Assembly (NCBI GenBank): GCA_030583845.1
Contig: CP129478.1
Coordinates: 715,686-779,685, forward strand
Source: Candidatus Dojkabacteria bacterium
GTDB taxonomy: Bacteria > Patescibacteriota > Dojkabacteria > SC72 > JAHDCA01
Length of the DNA stretch: 64,000 nucleotides
Reading direction: 5' to 3'
In this document: positions 30,030 through 39,167 of the stretch, in pieces
Position numbering within the stretch: position 1 is the first letter of the stretch
Layout: each line of letters begins with the position of its first letter
Translations under genes and position numbers: made by a program
The notes under the pieces: generated by a model
Told to the model about the DNA's origin: nothing
Seen by the model: the letters and a program-made list of their open reading frames with translations, nothing else
Databases searched by the model: none

Positions 30030-31181
30030 ATGAAGTCAAAACCTATAGCCAAATTCTCAAAGATACGTGTAGCCGTTGTAACCGACTGGATGGCAACTCC
30101 AGGTGGAAGCGACAGGCTTATGGAGCAGCTCTTAAAGCTTTTCCCGCAAGCTGCGATTTTTACGTCGTACTATAATAGAAAAGCCTACCAAGGAACCTTC
30201 GCCGAAAATTATGAGGTCAAAACCTCATTTATCCAGAAGATGCCGTTTGTGAGATCATTGCATCGCCACTACAATGTTTTTACGCCGCTAGCATTTGAGA
30301 GTTTCGACTTTACAGGCTATGACCTGGTAATTTCATTAAGTGCTGGAGCAGCGAAGGGTGTTATTACAAAAGTAGATCAGCCGCATATTTCGATTATACT
30401 GACGCCGCAAAGGTCGCTGTGGGATCAGGAAAGCAATGTGCGAGGGTCACGTTTTCGATTTTTCTACAAGCTCGCTTCACCATTTATAGCGAACTATATG
30501 CGTAGCTGGGATATTGCAGCATTCCAGCGTGCCGACCTGCACCTTTCGATATCGAAATATATTGCAGACAAAGTGCGCAAAGTATATCGAGCCGATTCAG
30601 AGGTGCTATATCCTGGAATCGATGAGTGTTGGTTTGGCAATGAAATGCGAAGGCCTAATCAATATTTGCCAAAATCGTATTTTCTGGTCGTTTCAAGGCT
30701 GTACGATTATAAGCGAATCGACTGGGCGATTGAGGCATGCAAAAAAGCTCGTAAGAATTTGCTTATTGTCGGCGATGGTCCCGACAGAAGATATCTTGAG
30801 AAGAAAGCCGGCAATAGTAAATTCATTAACTTTCTAGGATGGGTAGATGATCTCGAATTGAAGTATCTTTATAAAAATGCCAAGGCCCTAATATTCCCTG
30901 GGGTAGAGGATTTCGGCTATACGCCTATTGAGGCGATGGCACTCGGTACACCCCAAGTCGCACTTCGCGAAGGCGGAGTTAAAGAAACCGTTGTAGAAGG
31001 CAAAACTGGTGAATTTTTCGAGTCTCAAGAAGAATTATGCGAAAAACTCGCCAAATTCAGCAAGCTAAAATATAATGAAAAAGAGATAGTTCGGAACGCA
31101 AAACGCTTTTCAGAAAGCCAGTTTCAGAAAAATTTCATTAAATACCTCAACCAGTTAAAGCTATATGCAGAAGAAAAGTAA
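30030..31181 (+). CDS. GT4 family glycosyltransferase
   Basis: VEDFGYTPIEAMALGTPQVALREGGVKETVVEGKTGEFF is a GT4 motif. Confidence 0.85.
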   Translation: MKSKPIAKFSKIRVAVVTDWMATPGGSDRLMEQLLKLFPQAAIFTSYYNRKAYQGTFAENYEVKTSFIQKMPFVRSLHRHYNVFTPLAFESFDFTGYDLVISLSAGAAKGVITKVDQPHISIILTPQRSLWDQESNVRGSRFRFFYKLASPFIANYMRSWDIAAFQRADLHLSISKYIADKVRKVYRADSEVLYPGIDECWFGNEMRRPNQYLPKSYFLVVSRLYDYKRIDWAIEACKKARKNLLIVGDGPDRRYLEKKAGNSKFINFLGWVDDLELKYLYKNAKALIFPGVEDFGYTPIEAMALGTPQVALREGGVKETVVEGKTGEFFESQEELCEKLAKFSKLKYNEKEIVRNAKRFSESQFQKNFIKYLNQLKLYAEEK

Positions 31182-32319
31182 AGTCGCATTCGTTATACAT
31201 CCGCTATATACATGGGGTGGGGCAGAGGCGATGCTTAGAGATATGATACGAGTTTATCCGAATAGCGATGTGTATACCGCTTGGTACGACAAGAAGATTA
31301 CCGACCAGCTCGGCATAAAAGGAAAAGTATATGCCAGCTACCTCCAAAAATTTCCACTCAAGAAGAAGTTGAGACAGGAGTTAATTCCGCTCCTTCCAAA
31401 GGCCTATAAGAAGATGGTAATCCAGAACTACGACCTCGTCTGGGTTATCTCGGATCAGTTCGAGAAGCAGATCACACTCAGAAATAACAACGTCGAGGTC
31501 TTAAATATCATGACGCCGCCAAGATTTCTCTGGATGGATACCCGCTCTACCGTCAACTTACCAAAGCCAACATATAAAGCGTACAAATCAATAGAAGATA
31601 AGCTGCACCCAAAATGGCAATCAATCGACAAGGCAGCAGTAAAGAGATTCAAATATATCTCCTCGATCTCAAACGATGTCCGCTCACGTGTCGCCAAGAT
31701 CTATGGTGAGTACTCAGAAGTTCTCTACCCCCCAGTCAAGCTCGACCATATCCGCTTCACCAAGAGCATGTCGTCGCGAGAAAAGTGGTTCCTATACCTC
31801 GGCCGGATTGAGAGCTACAAAGGGATCGAGATGCTGATCGAGGCGTGCGCATTCTTGAAGCACCAATTGAAAATTGCTGGAACAGGCAGTGATATCGAGC
31901 GTATGCGCCAACTTGTCGCAGAGCTTGAAGCAACAGACTTAATAGAGATAATGGGGTTTGTATCGGAAGAGCAGAAGCTTGAGCTACTTGAAAAGGCGAG
32001 AGCGCTTGTTTTCCCAGTCAAAGACGAGGACTTTGGCATTGTGCCTATCGAGGCAATGGCCGCAGGCTGTCCGGTGATTGCATTCAATGGTGGCGGTGCA
32101 GCCGAAACGGTTGTGCACGGCAGTACAGGAATACTTTTCGACGACTACACGGCACAAGGCCTAGTAGATGCAATTCATGAATTTGAAATTCATGGCTTTA
32201 AGCCAAATGTAATCCGCTCACACGCACAGGAATTCTCCTACGAACGCTTCGAAAATAAGTTCCGCACCTATGTTGATGCGATAGCGAAAGAGACGTTATC
32301 CAAGCGCGGCGGGCAATGA
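31165..32319 (+). CDS. GT4 family glycosyltransferase
   Basis: DEDFGIVPIEAMAAGCPVIAFNGGGAAETVVHGSTGILF is a GT4 motif. It overlaps the upstream GT4 by 17 nt and uses the only TGA stop in the window. Confidence 0.85.
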   Translation: MQKKSKVAFVIHPLYTWGGAEAMLRDMIRVYPNSDVYTAWYDKKITDQLGIKGKVYASYLQKFPLKKKLRQELIPLLPKAYKKMVIQNYDLVWVISDQFEKQITLRNNNVEVLNIMTPPRFLWMDTRSTVNLPKPTYKAYKSIEDKLHPKWQSIDKAAVKRFKYISSISNDVRSRVAKIYGEYSEVLYPPVKLDHIRFTKSMSSREKWFLYLGRIESYKGIEMLIEACAFLKHQLKIAGTGSDIERMRQLVAELEATDLIEIMGFVSEEQKLELLEKARALVFPVKDEDFGIVPIEAMAAGCPVIAFNGGGAAETVVHGSTGILFDDYTAQGLVDAIHEFEIHGFKPNVIRSHAQEFSYERFENKFRTYVDAIAKETLSKRGGQ

Positions 32320-32948
32320 ATCAGTTAAAAGATCAGGTCATAATCATTAAATCAGTAAACTATTCAGAGGCGGATAAGATCCTCACAGTTTTCGGCCGAA
32401 ATAGAGGGAAATTCAGCATCATCGCCAAAGGCATTCGCAAAATCACCAGCAAAAATCGCGGCAATATGCAGACCTTGTCGGTGACTGAGATCACATATTT
32501 TGAAGGGAAGAACCTGGGGATTTTGAAAGAATCTAATGCGGTCGTGCTGGTGCCGCCAGAGGATATTGATATGGATAGTGCGAAGCGGCTGCTTTTTGTC
32601 TTAAATAAGCTTCTTCCCGAAGCCGTGCCTGAAGAAGAGATATTCGAGATGGCGGTTGGAGTGATAAGTGAAGGTATTAAAGCGGAAGATTTAAACCGCT
32701 TCAGGATAAAGTTCCTACAAAACCTGGGATATATTAATGAGATGAGCCTGTGCAATGTTTGCGGCAAGAAAGTTGGTAAGCAGGACTATCTAGATCCACA
32801 TGCATTTAAGGTGATTTGCGAAAACTGCGCCAGAAATATTAATGAAGTCTCGCGAGCATCGCACATCAGAATTAATGAAATCCCTATCGGCTCAAGTAGA
32901 ATGGGCGAGCTGCTAGATCGAGTAATCGAGCAGGTGCTCCACGCTTAG
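32316..32948 (+). CDS. recO: DNA repair protein RecO
   Basis: The N-terminal OB-fold is VIIIKSVNYSEADKILTVFGRNRGKFSIIAKG. The C-terminus has a Cys4 zinc finger (CNVCGKK...ICENCAR). It overlaps the GT4 stop by ATGA. Confidence 0.8.
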   Translation: MNQLKDQVIIIKSVNYSEADKILTVFGRNRGKFSIIAKGIRKITSKNRGNMQTLSVTEITYFEGKNLGILKESNAVVLVPPEDIDMDSAKRLLFVLNKLLPEAVPEEEIFEMAVGVISEGIKAEDLNRFRIKFLQNLGYINEMSLCNVCGKKVGKQDYLDPHAFKVICENCARNINEVSRASHIRINEIPIGSSRMGELLDRVIEQVLHA

Positions 32949-32949
32949 T

Positions 32950-34143
32950 CTATTCAACAGCTGCGGCCACATCCTCAATTAGCTCTCCCCAAGCCAGATC
33001 CCCTTGCCCAGTACCAAACCGCACTATCACCATATTCTTCTCAGGGAAAACATAAATATATTGCCCAAGATGTCCCCATCCAGCGACGCTGTCCAGATCA
33101 TCCTCTGCATCAGTGAGCCACCATCCGCGATTGTAGTGTAAATCATCACCATACTCAGGCACCGCATTCACCTCATTCATTTCCATCGAGTCCTCGATCC
33201 ATTCAGATGAGATCAGCTGCTCACCATCCCATTCGCCTTTGTCTTGCACCAGTACTCCCAGCTTGGCGAAATCAATTGCACGAGCATTGATGCCACTCTC
33301 CATCTTTGTCATACCACCCTGCTCACTGTCGAGGCTCCACGAGCCCTCATACTCCATGCCTAGTCTGCTCCAAAGCTTCTGCTCGAAATACTCATACGCC
33401 TTCATCCCGGTAGCCTCCTCCAAGATCATGCCCAGAAGGATCGGGTTGTAGCTATTGTATTGAAACTCCTCGCCCGGCTCACCTGTGACCTGCAGGCTCA
33501 TGACATGAGTCCGGAGATCTGGGTGGTAGTATGCTTTCGGCTTATCTCCCCAAGGGAGATCGTGATCCGCAAATTCGATCCCAGATTTCATCGAGAGCAG
33601 GTCCTCGATTGTCACATCTTGATAATCTGGGTCGGTGTCTGAAAGCTCTGGTAGATATTTCGTAACAGGATCGTCTAGGCTTTCGATTGCACCCTCTTCG
33701 ATTGCGACTCCGATCATTAGGGCAGTAATTGACTTCGCAGTAGAGAAAGATGTGTTAATTGAGGTGCGCTCATATTCATTAAAATACTCCTCGTAGATAA
33801 TCTTGCCATCCTTGACCACAATGAAGGCTGTAGTATCGTTCTCCTCCAAGAGGCGGTCTAATTCGACTTCGCTCCCCTGCTGTTCAAATTTCTGCTCGCC
33901 AAGTGACTGATCATCTGCTACCTCAAGGTAGTAGGGTGAGTCGCTTGCTATAAAGGTAGCTGCAGGGAATTTCTTGTAATCCTCAACATCTGACGCCTTC
34001 CAGGCAAACCATCTGCCGATGTATGTGTCGGTGCGGGTGGTGAGGTATAGATATGTCGTAAATAGTCCAACAAGCAGAACTGTCAGAACGGAAAAGGCGA
34101 TTATGGTTTTCTTCGCTTTGATCATACTAGTATCAGTATACAA
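32950..34143 (-). CDS. Membrane-anchored serine hydrolase of the beta-lactamase/PBP4 (class C-like) family
   Basis: N-terminal transmembrane helix. S-x-x-K active-site motif FSTAKSITALMIG. 397 aa. Confidence 0.75.
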   Translation of the reverse strand: MYTDTSMIKAKKTIIAFSVLTVLLVGLFTTYLYLTTRTDTYIGRWFAWKASDVEDYKKFPAATFIASDSPYYLEVADDQSLGEQKFEQQGSEVELDRLLEENDTTAFIVVKDGKIIYEEYFNEYERTSINTSFSTAKSITALMIGVAIEEGAIESLDDPVTKYLPELSDTDPDYQDVTIEDLLSMKSGIEFADHDLPWGDKPKAYYHPDLRTHVMSLQVTGEPGEEFQYNSYNPILLGMILEEATGMKAYEYFEQKLWSRLGMEYEGSWSLDSEQGGMTKMESGINARAIDFAKLGVLVQDKGEWDGEQLISSEWIEDSMEMNEVNAVPEYGDDLHYNRGWWLTDAEDDLDSVAGWGHLGQYIYVFPEKNMVIVRFGTGQGDLAWGELIEDVAAAVE

Positions 34144-34295
34144 CTTCTGAAATAGCTGTTGAATAAAGCGGAAAATGCTTATATAATTGCTACGACCATC
34201 CCGCCACGCCAGCTTATAATATGCTTAGTACATCTGTAAAGATTTTCTAAGGCGATAAGTTAGCGTAGCGGGACAGGCAAACCCCATTTGTATGT

Positions 34296-34368
34296 GGGCC
34301 AGTAGCTCAATTGGTAGAGCAAGCGACTCTTAATCGCTAGGTTCTGGGTTCGATTCCCAGCTGGCTCA
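34296..34368 (+). tRNA. tRNA-Lys (anticodon CUU)
   Basis: Cloverleaf read by hand. Acceptor stem GGGCCAG/CTGGCTC (one G-U pair). D-arm GCTCAATTGGTAGAGC. Anticodon stem AGCGA/TCGCT with loop CTCTTAA (U33, anticodon CTT, A37). T-arm CTGGGTTCGATTCCCAG. Discriminator A. No encoded CCA. Confidence 0.85.
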
Positions 34369-34369
34369 T

Positions 34370-34400
34370 TTTGTAATACCACCATTGGTGATATTACAAA
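34370..34400 (+). terminator. Strong hairpin immediately 3' of tRNA-Lys (9-bp perfect stem TTTGTAATA/TATTACAAA plus an inner imperfect stem); no U-tract
   Basis: Inverted repeat tttgtaataccaccattggtgatattacaaa. The only T-run (TTTT) precedes rather than follows the stem. The element may be a processing or termination structure. Confidence 0.35.
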
Positions 34401-34410
34401 ATGAATGAGT

Positions 34411-34455
34411 GAAATTGAACCCAAGGTTCGTGAGGACGCATCCCACGCATGCAAG
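34411..34455 (+). repeat. Copy 1 of a ~45-nt conserved motif containing the hairpin core GTGAGGA-CGCA-TCCCAC
   Basis: gaaattgaacccaaggttcgtgaggacgcatcccacgcatgcaag lies 25 nt upstream of the DKNYY gene start. It is near-identical to the copy at 35726..35770. Confidence 0.6.
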
Positions 34456-34479
34456 AAATAATAATGAAGATTTAGATAT

Positions 34480-35685
34480 ATGAATATATTCTCAAATCTA
34501 TCCAAAAGAGTTTCTCGAACAAATGGGAAGATATCAAGTTTAGACAGAAGCCAGAAGCTACTAATCTTCGCCGCACTTTTCGTATTCATTGCATTGATAA
34601 TTACTCCTCTGGGAGATCTCTACTTTAATAAACCTGAGAAGCCACAAGAGAGTACTTCTATAAAGACGAAGAAAAGCTGCTCGGTCTACGAGACAGAATC
34701 GATCGTGCCGCAGGCAGATGGCCAAAGTGTAGAAAGTGAAACTATCGCTAAAGATTTTACACGCAAATATGCTCCATCCGACTGCCAATTTTCCCCGGAG
34801 ATTAGTATCGCATCGTTAGATACTGCTAGCTGTGAAAGGATTTCAACACACGTTATTGTAGATAAAAACAATGTATATAAATGGCAATATGATCCTGGTA
34901 GCTCGAATTACTCAACATATATTGTTGTAGAGGAAGCAGATGCGGAAAGCTTCACAAATCTGTATTGGAATTATTATAAGGATAATACAAATTTGTATTA
35001 CGATACTGGAGAGAACCTGAGCATAGTAGATCAAATCAACCTGGAGTCTGTAGAGGTTCTTTCTGCGAGTTATATTAAGGATAAAAACGGAGTCTATTAC
35101 GTCAGCTTCTCTGATGGTGAAGTAGATATTAGGCCAATACCTGGCTTTGATACTGCAACCTTTGCGGTTGTACAAAATCAGCACAATATACAGACATATT
35201 TTAAAGATAGGAATGGCGTATATTATTTCGGTTCGCAAGAAGCTGATCTTACACCTTCGGAAACAGTAATAAGTGAGGCGGATGTTGATACATTTATTGT
35301 TCTAAATACATATCTCTTGGCGAAAGATAAGAGCCATGTTTATTATGAGGGTATAGTAGTCCCAAGTGTAGATGCAGAGGCATTTGAAGAGCTTGGTGGC
35401 GGCTATTATAGGGATAGATCTAATGTTTATACAACAGGCATGAATAGGGCAGATTTTGAACCTCTCGACGATAGCGATCCGTGTACATTTGAATTGCTTG
35501 GTTATACTAGCGATTCAAATTGGTCGGGATATGCAAAAGACGAAAATCAAGTCTATTATCTCGGATCGGTAGTAGTCGGGGCTGACGCTGAAACTTTTCA
35601 AACAACACACTCCCAAGGGGTTTATGGAGGCTATGATAAAAACTACAGGTATCAGGGGAAGTATAGGCTGGAGGAACTTGAATAA
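34480..35685 (+). CDS. DKNYY-repeat family putative lipoprotein or secreted protein
   Basis: N-terminal transmembrane or signal helix. Seven D(K/R)N-x-VY(Y) repeats are spaced about 45 aa apart (DKNNVYKW, DKNGVYYV, DRNGVYYFG, DKSHVYYEG, DRSNVYTTG, DENQVYYLG, DKNYRYQG). Confidence 0.7.
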   Translation: MNIFSNLSKRVSRTNGKISSLDRSQKLLIFAALFVFIALIITPLGDLYFNKPEKPQESTSIKTKKSCSVYETESIVPQADGQSVESETIAKDFTRKYAPSDCQFSPEISIASLDTASCERISTHVIVDKNNVYKWQYDPGSSNYSTYIVVEEADAESFTNLYWNYYKDNTNLYYDTGENLSIVDQINLESVEVLSASYIKDKNGVYYVSFSDGEVDIRPIPGFDTATFAVVQNQHNIQTYFKDRNGVYYFGSQEADLTPSETVISEADVDTFIVLNTYLLAKDKSHVYYEGIVVPSVDAEAFEELGGGYYRDRSNVYTTGMNRADFEPLDDSDPCTFELLGYTSDSNWSGYAKDENQVYYLGSVVVGADAETFQTTHSQGVYGGYDKNYRYQGKYRLEELE

Positions 35686-35725
35686 GCCCTGTTGATTCCC
35701 AGATATTACTTCTGCAGAGTGATCT

Positions 35726-35770
35726 CATTCAAAACCATCGGTTCGTGAGGATGCATCCCACAAATGTAAT
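35726..35770 (+). repeat. Copy 2 of the ~45-nt conserved motif (hairpin core GTGAGGA-TGCA-TCCCAC)
   Basis: cattcaaaaccatcggttcgtgaggatgcatcccacaaatgtaat lies 41 nt after the DKNYY stop and about 170 nt upstream of the Ldh_2 gene. Confidence 0.6.
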
Positions 35771-35937
35771 GAGTGGCAGATGTGACGTCATACTGAGTCG
35801 ATTGAGGTCTGCGAGCGCAGTGAGCAGATACCGAAATGAGACGTAGTGATTCTCAGCTTTCTATCTAACACACTGTCTTTGCCAAGCCAATTGGTTTATA
35901 ATTGGCTGGGATCCACATAAACTATTATCTCTAATCA

Positions 35938-36918
35938 ATGAAGGTCAAACTTACGGATTTAGAATCACTCGTATCTAAGGCATTGCTCAAATATGGATAC
36001 TCGGAAGAAGAAGCGAAAGTCATCCAGAAGATCCTCCTATTTGCCCAGCTCCGAGGAAACAACCAGGGGGTAGTAAAGTTGATAGGAAACGGTATACCTC
36101 GCAATCCTGAAGGAGTAGCTCCAACAATTGAAAAAGAGACTCCCGTCTCAGCATTAGTAAATGGTAATAGTACCCATGCAATGGTTGTAATGGATATGCT
36201 TGTGGATATTGCGATTGGGAAGGCAGAGAAGTCAGGAATTGGAATCGCGGGTAATTACAATGGAGATGCTTCGACAGGGGCGATAGGTTACTACGTAAAC
36301 AGGATAGCCGAGAAGGGATTAATAGGTATAGCATTTGCCTCAGCTCCATTTCAGACCACCGCACCATACGGCGCAACTGAGGCTAAATTTTGCACAAACC
36401 CAATGGCTTACGGTATCCCGACAGAGGGTGACCCGATCATTTTGGATATGTCTACTTCAACTATGGCCTATTACGGTTTAATTGAAGCGGAAACGGCGGG
36501 GAAAGATGTACCAGAGGGTACTGGTTATGATAAGGACGGAAAGGAAACGACCGATCCTGCAGAAATAATGTCCGGTGCATTAAAAACTTTTGGTGGTCAT
36601 AAAGGATCGGGCCTCGCACTAATAGTGCAGATCTTCGCTGGGGCATTAGTAAATGCAGATTCGTTTAACAATGATAGTGAAAATGCTGGAAATTTGGTTA
36701 TTGCGATTGACCCGGCAATCTTCTTGACTCAAGATGATTTCAAAAAGAGGGTGTCAGAGATCGTAGCAAATGTGAAATCAGCGAGAAAGCTGGAAGGTGT
36801 CGATGAGATCCTGATTCCAGGCGAGCGGGGTAATAAGGTTATGGAATCAGCTATGAAGAGAGGGGAGATCGAGATAGAGGAAAATCTATATAAAGAGTTA
36901 ATGGCAGTTGCTAAGTAA
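35938..36918 (+). CDS. Ldh_2 family (malate/L-lactate/sulfolactate-type) NAD(P)-dependent dehydrogenase
   Basis: 326 aa. FGGHKGSGLALIVQIFAGAL is the family-typical GHKG motif, and overall length and composition fit PF02615. Confidence 0.7.
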   Translation: MKVKLTDLESLVSKALLKYGYSEEEAKVIQKILLFAQLRGNNQGVVKLIGNGIPRNPEGVAPTIEKETPVSALVNGNSTHAMVVMDMLVDIAIGKAEKSGIGIAGNYNGDASTGAIGYYVNRIAEKGLIGIAFASAPFQTTAPYGATEAKFCTNPMAYGIPTEGDPIILDMSTSTMAYYGLIEAETAGKDVPEGTGYDKDGKETTDPAEIMSGALKTFGGHKGSGLALIVQIFAGALVNADSFNNDSENAGNLVIAIDPAIFLTQDDFKKRVSEIVANVKSARKLEGVDEILIPGERGNKVMESAMKRGEIEIEENLYKELMAVAK

Positions 36919-36924
36919 TTTCAT

Positions 36925-37347
36925 TTGAGAAACATGAAAAGCCACCTTTATCACATCCAACTCAACATCGACTTCGCCAACCGAGACTTCTACAAAGAGC
37001 TAATGGAGTTCATGGGCTGGAGCGTGATCTTTGAGAAACCAGAATCCACAATCGGATTTCGAAGTGAGACCAACGGCGACCTCTGGTTTATACACGCTGA
37101 TCATCAAGAGGATACTGATTACGACGCAAGAGGGATGAACCACATCGCTATCCGTGTCGAGAATCAAGCCGATATCAACCAGATTCAAGCTCACCTAGAA
37201 AGTAACGGTGTGAAGATGCTTTTCGGTACGCCACTGCACAGACCAGAGTTTGCAAGCAAAGAGGGTGAGACCTATTACCAGATTATGTTTGAGTCACCGG
37301 ATAAGATCTTGTGGGAGATAGTGTATATCGGAGCAAAGTGTGGGTAG
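36925..37347 (+). CDS. VOC (glyoxalase/bleomycin-resistance/dioxygenase) superfamily protein
   Basis: 140 aa. It contains HIQLNI...HIAIRVEN beta-alpha-beta-beta-beta module signatures. Confidence 0.55.
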   Translation: MRNMKSHLYHIQLNIDFANRDFYKELMEFMGWSVIFEKPESTIGFRSETNGDLWFIHADHQEDTDYDARGMNHIAIRVENQADINQIQAHLESNGVKMLFGTPLHRPEFASKEGETYYQIMFESPDKILWEIVYIGAKCG

Positions 37348-37389
37348 ATTCTATTAATCGCAGCTGTAGAAAGTCAACTTGTAGAAATA

Positions 37390-38102
37390 TGGGAGAAAAG
37401 ATGAAATACGAAAAGTACAATCTAGTAGATGAGGTGGAGAAGATCTCAGATCACCTGAAGGTGTGGGGTAAATTTGGGTGGAAGGAGATGGACGGTGATT
37501 TCACCAAAAAAGAGTGGAAGCAGGACGACATGTACGAAGAATATTGCTGTGATTTGCAACGGGATATTACCCCTGCTACGAAAAAACTCAGTGAGATAGA
37601 AGGCCGATACATCAAACTCCAAAAAGAAATTAATAGGTCAATATGGACTGAGCTAGCAGGGAAGCCGAAATGGTCTAAGTCAGTCTCGAATCTACTTGGA
37701 TGCAGCGGTCTGATAGTTGCTTTCGTGCTGTCCTGGCTAATTAGTACCCTCTTAATCGGTCTGATCGCAAGCTCGACCTCATTTGAGCACGTTGGAGTCC
37801 CATACGCCTGTCTGCTGATACTAAATTTCATACTGATTATCTCGGCTTTCCTATTCATTGACATCAGAATTCGGAAGGGCAAAATCAGAAGACTTAGGCC
37901 GCGTGCTAAGGCGATGTACAATGAAGACAAAGAGATAGTTAGAAAAAGAGCTGAATTGAAGTATCTACTCGGAGAACTCAAGAAGCTTTCATATGAACAA
38001 AAGGAAATAGATCACTACTTTAAGTACCGTGTTGAGTTCAGTGAAGTTGGCTACGGTTTCCCACTCTACACATTCGAGTACTACGACACAGACTCGCTCT
38101 AA
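37390..38102 (+). CDS. Hypothetical membrane protein (two TM helices, charged coiled-coil flanks)
   Basis: The ORF-track entry 37311..38102 begins inside the VOC gene. The first plausible start is ATG 37390 (MGEKMKYEKY...). Transmembrane helices lie around LIVAFVLSWLISTLLIGLI and ILNFILIISAFLFI. Confidence 0.4.
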
Positions 38103-38157
38103 AGCCCCTCGCTAAGCCTCTCCCTACTAATCACCGCATCATCGCAAAGAACTCTTA

Positions 38158-38991
38158 CTACCGTGGTTTCTCTCCCGAAAACACTCCATACTCCAGCACA
38201 CCTTTCTCAATCAAAAACTTACTATTCCTCGCCGACACCGTATGTCCAAGCGATCCATAGGTCAGCCTAGCCTTCTCCAGCAAATAGATCACAGGCAACA
38301 TGATTGTCCCATATCGATAGTAGATATCTAAAGTCTTCTTTACCCCCTCATTCTTACTGTCAAACTTAACATCCTTAAACCCCACAGACTCCATATCCTC
38401 ATGGAATCTCTCCTTAAACGCCAGATTATCCAGCGCAAACCCATCCAGAAATTCTTTATAAACTTTCTCCTCTTTTACGGAGAGCTTCTCTTTGATCCTA
38501 TACGCATCCAGCACTGCTACCCTGCCTTTTGGTCGGAGTAGTCGGTACGCCTCCTTCAGGAAATCCCGCTTATCAATTGCATAGCAAACACTTTCTATGC
38601 CAAAAATCTTGTCGAACGAACCATCCTCAAATTTCGTGTCGGTGTAATCCCGTAACAGAAATTTAACTCTGTCTGCTGCTGGTGAACCAGCTGCATACTG
38701 TTCAGCAAGCGAAAGCTGTGAAGGTACTACAGTTATCCCAGTAACCTCTGTATCAAATCCCTCTGCGATCATCAATGAAGTCCCCCCGACACCGCACCCT
38801 GCATCAAGCACCTTGTCCCCATCCTTCACCTGCAAAGCCTTAATTACAACTCTACTCGTATTTAATGACGCATCTTTGTACTCGGTAATTCCTTCTTCCC
38901 AGATAGGATAGTGCAAATGGCGCACATTGCGATAGAATATATTCTTTGAGTAGTAATCGTTGATTGGATCTTCTGAGAGTCTTATCTCCAT
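38158..38991 (-). CDS. Class I SAM-dependent methyltransferase (CFA-synthase/CMAS-like family)
   Basis: Motif I VLDAGCGVGGTSLMIAE. The post-I motif is EVTGITV. The probable start is MEIRLSEDPINDYYSKN. The ORF-track start at 39063 lies further upstream. Confidence 0.7.
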   Translation of the reverse strand: MEIRLSEDPINDYYSKNIFYRNVRHLHYPIWEEGITEYKDASLNTSRVVIKALQVKDGDKVLDAGCGVGGTSLMIAEGFDTEVTGITVVPSQLSLAEQYAAGSPAADRVKFLLRDYTDTKFEDGSFDKIFGIESVCYAIDKRDFLKEAYRLLRPKGRVAVLDAYRIKEKLSVKEEKVYKEFLDGFALDNLAFKERFHEDMESVGFKDVKFDSKNEGVKKTLDIYYRYGTIMLPVIYLLEKARLTYGSLGHTVSARNSKFLIEKGVLEYGVFSGEKPR

Positions 38992-39167
38992 ATGAGATAT
39001 AGTACATTTTTTTAACAGAATTGTCGCCGTATCAGCTTCCTGACTGATGTCACCTATTATCACAGGTGGTGATTCTAGCCAGTCATATCAAATATTTATG
39101 CATAGTAAATCACTTAACGCACCCATACCTACCCCCTTCGCCCTTGATAGAGTAAAATAGTACTCAC

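Noticed and set aside
29665-30033. 122-aa ORF in an alternative frame over the acidic-protein gene
   Set aside because: It has a Met/Trp/Arg-rich nonsense composition produced by reading GAT/GAA-rich sequence out of frame, and it overlaps a better-supported gene.
34260-34589. 109-aa minus-strand ORF overlapping tRNA-Lys and its hairpin
   Set aside because: It lies entirely antisense to a well-formed tRNA gene and the downstream structured repeat. It shows no protein-like features, so it is a six-frame artefact.
34296-35772. Integrated mobile element at tRNA-Lys carrying the DKNYY gene
   Set aside because: The flanking direct repeats do not include the tRNA 3' end. There is no integrase or any other cargo, and the unit is only 1.3 kb. 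I kept it as a repeat or regulatory motif finding rather than calling a mobile element.
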